Of a stretch of DNA of 64,000 nucleotides, positions 60,718-64,000 are shown in pieces. The notes beneath the pieces were generated by a model. It ran no database searches. It was not told the origin of the DNA and saw only the letters and a program-made list of their open reading frames with translations. Location: positions 1 to 64,000 of the forward strand of contig CAVOYH010000002.1 of NCBI GenBank assembly GCA_963700635.1, written 5' to 3'. The translations under genes and the position numbers were made by a program. Each line of letters begins with the position of its first letter. The first letter of the stretch is position 1. Origin of the DNA: an uncultured Bacteroidota bacterium (GTDB lineage: Bacteria; Bacteroidota; Ignavibacteria; UBA10030; UBA6906).

Positions 60718-63711
60718 ATGGTGGGATACACCCTGCGTATTTTGGCGCTATTTGTTCTTTTTGTCTCGGTCGTTCATGGGCAACATCTCGCCCCAACACG
60801 TGAAGCCCAGGACTTCACCGTGGCATACGGACTGTATAACGACAGTCAGTACCAACTCGCTTTTGACGAACTCCAACGATTTATCAGCCGGCATCCTGCC
60901 AGCACGCGGCGGGCGGAGGCGGCATTCCTTTCCGCTGAGTCGCTCGTCCGGCTCGGGCAGAGCGCCGAAGCCTTTGACCGATTTGATCGATTTCTTCGGG
61001 AATACCCCGGCAGTCAGCTGACGGATGAAGCCCGATTCCGCACCGGGGAACTGGCCCTGGGGGCCGGACGCGCACGTGAGGCCATCGAAAGACTCGCCCC
61101 TCTTGTTACCGGTGCAAACGCCGGAATAGCGAGCGAAGCGTGTTACTGGACGGGAGAGGCATTCGACAAACTCGGTCATCAAGATAGTGCCCTGGCATAT
61201 TATCACCGGTCTATCACAAAAGATCCAGCCGGCCGTCTTGCGGACTATGCGACATATTCCGTGGGGTGGGTGTATCAGCAACAGGGACAATTCAGCAAAG
61301 CACTCAAGGCATATGCTGACGTGGAAAGCCGTTTTCCAGCGAGTGGGCTTCGGTCGGCGGCGAACGTACGGACGGGGGAGGTCTATGCACAATCGGGGGA
61401 TACGGAAAAAGCGATAACACATCTTCAGCGTGTGCTCCCCCGGCTCCAGGAGAGTAATGATCACGCAGAGGCAGTGTACCTTCTCGGGGAGTCACATTTC
61501 CGAAGCCGCAGATTCCCGCAGGCGCGATCCTGGTACGATACCTTTCTCGTCCATCATCACGGTCATCGTCTGGAAAGGGATGTCCGGTATGCGCGGGCCT
61601 GGACTTTCTTACAGGAACAAAGAGGGGACGAGGCGGCGGCGGCATTCCTGGATCTTGCGTCGGGCTCCGATGCTCTCGCACATGCCTCGGCGTACCGCGC
61701 CGGTATTGCACTAAAACTCGCCGGGAAGTCCGGAGAAGCCGAGAAGATATTCAGGAGAGTAGCCGCGACCTCAGGCGGCGAGTTTGCGGATGATGCGTTG
61801 TACGAAATCGGCGTACTTCGCTTTGAACAGGGTGCATACGACTCGGCCATGACCGTGTTTCACAGGGTCCTCACTACATTTCCGTCGGGTGACGTCAGGC
61901 CACAGGCGTTGTTCATGATGGGTGAAGTCCACAGGATGCGCGGGGCGCTGGAAGCGGCACTTGCATCGTATCGCGACGCGCGTGCCCAGGCGGGCGCGAG
62001 TCCTCAGCTCCTTGCTGATCTTCTTTATGAAGAGGGGCTGATTCTGGGACGGATGGGACAGCACGGTGAAGCTTCGTCCATGCTGCACGCCTTCCTCACG
62101 GAATTTCCTGCCGACCCTCAGGCCGGAGAAGCCTGGTTCTGGCTTGGAGAAGCATTGTTCCACGGCGGTGCATACGAACGGGCAGACAGCGCATACGCTC
62201 TTGCCGTACAGAAACTTCCGGCCCAACGTGTGCCCGACGCCCTCTATGGCAAGGCGTGGAGCAGGTACCGGCTTGAAGACTACAAGGGCGCCCTGGAACT
62301 CTTCTCCCGCCTGGTGTCAAAATATCCGCGAAGTGCCTATGCGGTAGACGCCCGGTTACGTGCGGGAGACTGCCACACGTCGCTTCGTGAGTATGGAAAA
62401 GCAGCAGCGGCATACAGGGAGGTATTACGGACGGGCGAAGGATCTGAAAACGCGGAGTATGCGCGGTATCAGCTGGGCGGCGCGTTGATCAGAAACGGCC
62501 AGTCGGCGGAAGGGCTCAAGGAGTATGAGACACTTCTTGCCCGCACTCCCCGGTCACCATACGCAGACGACGCGCGGTATGCAATCGGGTGGGTGCACTT
62601 CCAGAAGAAAAATTACCCGCGTGCGATAAAGGAATTCCGCGAGACGCTTCGCCTGTACCCCCGGAGCGACCTGGTTCCCCGGGTCCTCTGCAGTCTCGGT
62701 GATGCATTGTACAACACGGGGGATTATCCGGGCTCCATCGCTTCATACAGGGAAGTCCTGGCGGCACATCCTCAGAGCTCGTCGGTTCTGGATGCGGCCA
62801 GAGGGATTCGTGATGCCTATGTGGCGCAACATGACGGGGCCGCGGGTGAGGCGGTTGTTGCGGAGTTTCTGAACCGGCACCCCGCCGCCACGGTAGCCGA
62901 TCGGCTTGCACTGCAAAACGCCGACGAACGATTCACCGCAGGTGAGTACGATACAGCACATGATCTGTACACCGGCTTTATCCGGGACTATCCGCGGAGT
63001 TCACTCGTACCGGATGCAACTCTTGGCGCCGGAAAGGCAAGTCTGGCACTCGGCCGGTTGCGGGAGGCAGAAGATCTGTTCCGGTCAGTATCGGAACGGT
63101 ATCCGGGCAAGCAGGCCGCCGGTATTGCATCCCTCGAACTCGGCAGACTGCTCGTCCGACAGCTTCGTCCGGCCGATGCCATGAAGTTGTTTGAACGGGT
63201 GGAAGCGGATTACGCCGGTTCGCCCGAAGCCGGCGAAGCCCGCCTTGAGCGCGCGCGCACGCTGCGCGCCGAAGGTGACCTGTCAGGCGCAGTGTTGTTG
63301 TTGAAGACCATACAGAGCGGGACGTACACAGATGTTCTTGCGGATAGGGCCCGCGTGGAAACTGCAGATATTCATCTGGAGAAAAAGCAGTACGACCTGG
63401 CTTTTTCGCTCTACGCCGCAGTCGCCCAGGTCCGCCCGGATGATCTTGGAGCCGAAGCACAATGCGGCGCCGCTGAGGTGCTTTTTGCACGTAATGAAGT
63501 TGAGGCCGGCATCGCTGCATTCGCCCGCGTACGGTATCTCTATCCCGCATCGAGGGAGTGGATCGGACAGGCAACAATCAGGATGGCTGACGGATACGTG
63601 TTACTGGGGCAGACAGAAAAAGCGCGGGGGCTCTATGCCGCCGTAGCTTCAGAACACGAGGGAAGTGCGCTTGGTCGCAGTGCAGAAGCCAGAGTTGAGG
63701 GGTTACGATGA
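60718..63711 (+). CDS. Periplasmic tetratricopeptide-repeat protein
   Basis: Signal peptide and many YP.S..A..A.Y..G TPR units. Confidence 0.9.
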   Translation: MVGYTLRILALFVLFVSVVHGQHLAPTREAQDFTVAYGLYNDSQYQLAFDELQRFISRHPASTRRAEAAFLSAESLVRLGQSAEAFDRFDRFLREYPGSQLTDEARFRTGELALGAGRAREAIERLAPLVTGANAGIASEACYWTGEAFDKLGHQDSALAYYHRSITKDPAGRLADYATYSVGWVYQQQGQFSKALKAYADVESRFPASGLRSAANVRTGEVYAQSGDTEKAITHLQRVLPRLQESNDHAEAVYLLGESHFRSRRFPQARSWYDTFLVHHHGHRLERDVRYARAWTFLQEQRGDEAAAAFLDLASGSDALAHASAYRAGIALKLAGKSGEAEKIFRRVAATSGGEFADDALYEIGVLRFEQGAYDSAMTVFHRVLTTFPSGDVRPQALFMMGEVHRMRGALEAALASYRDARAQAGASPQLLADLLYEEGLILGRMGQHGEASSMLHAFLTEFPADPQAGEAWFWLGEALFHGGAYERADSAYALAVQKLPAQRVPDALYGKAWSRYRLEDYKGALELFSRLVSKYPRSAYAVDARLRAGDCHTSLREYGKAAAAYREVLRTGEGSENAEYARYQLGGALIRNGQSAEGLKEYETLLARTPRSPYADDARYAIGWVHFQKKNYPRAIKEFRETLRLYPRSDLVPRVLCSLGDALYNTGDYPGSIASYREVLAAHPQSSSVLDAARGIRDAYVAQHDGAAGEAVVAEFLNRHPAATVADRLALQNADERFTAGEYDTAHDLYTGFIRDYPRSSLVPDATLGAGKASLALGRLREAEDLFRSVSERYPGKQAAGIASLELGRLLVRQLRPADAMKLFERVEADYAGSPEAGEARLERARTLRAEGDLSGAVLLLKTIQSGTYTDVLADRARVETADIHLEKKQYDLAFSLYAAVAQVRPDDLGAEAQCGAAEVLFARNEVEAGIAAFARVRYLYPASREWIGQATIRMADGYVLLGQTEKARGLYAAVASEHEGSALGRSAEARVEGLR

Positions 63712-64000
63712 CCGGTCAGATACAACGGGCGTGTTGTGTACTGCTGACAGTGGTCTTGCTCTGCGCTTACGGGTCTGAGGGGAGCGGACAGACAAAGCCG
63801 GAACCTCCCCCGCGCAGGCCGGTGCCGATCCTGCGTGACACAACGCTCTCCCGGGATTCATCGTCGGCTGAAGAGAGTCTGCCCGGATCAAAGAGCCGGC
63901 TCCCGGTTTTTGATGTTCCCGAGTATACGATTACCGGGGAGGAGACAGGTTCTCCGAGTAACACGCCCCGTCCGCTTCAGGCGGAGTATTCCGCGCGGAG
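63708..64000 (+). CDS. Exported protein, 5' part (runs off window end)
   Basis: ATG overlaps the TPR stop; MTGQIQRACCVLLTVVLLCAYG signal-like start; open frame through VPEYTITG to the end. Confidence 0.6.
   Translation, partial: MTGQIQRACCVLLTVVLLCAYGSEGSGQTKPEPPPRRPVPILRDTTLSRDSSSAEESLPGSKSRLPVFDVPEYTITGEETGSPSNTPRPLQAEYSAR

Noticed and set aside
1-64000. CRISPR array, cas genes, reverse transcriptase (DGR/retron) or prophage genes
   Set aside because: No regularly spaced repeats and no Cas, RT, capsid or terminase motifs seen in any ORF.

Overview
A 64 kb chromosomal window, probably from an Ignavibacteria-like member of the FCB group. This is inferred from type IX secretion (T9SS) C-terminal domains alongside E. 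coli-like TTGACA/TATAAT promoters and Shine-Dalgarno sites. It has three zones. (1) 1-18 kb: the tail of a polysaccharide locus (DUF362, methyltransferase, a frameshifted giant T9SS protein, WcaJ-like priming transferase, ugd, UDP-glucuronate decarboxylase, two DUF2279, DUF1207, Wzi), two peroxiredoxins and a PTPS-folE-SDR pterin operon. (2) ~18-45.5 kb: an accessory island ending at the 3' end of tRNA-Ser(GCT). It holds a signalling cluster, three tandem paralogous lipoproteins, nhaA, an ArsR/ArsP/thioredoxin cluster and a decayed tyrosine integrase. It also holds a fragmented integron cassette array without intI: a putative attI, attC sites in various states of decay, and VOC, SnoaL, HigBA and S9 peptidase cassettes. 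One attC is interrupted at its inverse core by an internally deleted IS110/IS1111-like element. (3) 45.7-64 kb: core genes (wza/wzz-like, tRNA-Arg, tRNA-Ala, SRP RNA, RNase E/G, gcvT, comB, ftsK, lolA, cyclophilin, holA, TPR protein). Frameshifts cluster at 1.3-8.7 kb and in the S9 cassette and may be assembly errors. All product calls come from motif recognition by eye; no database searches were run.
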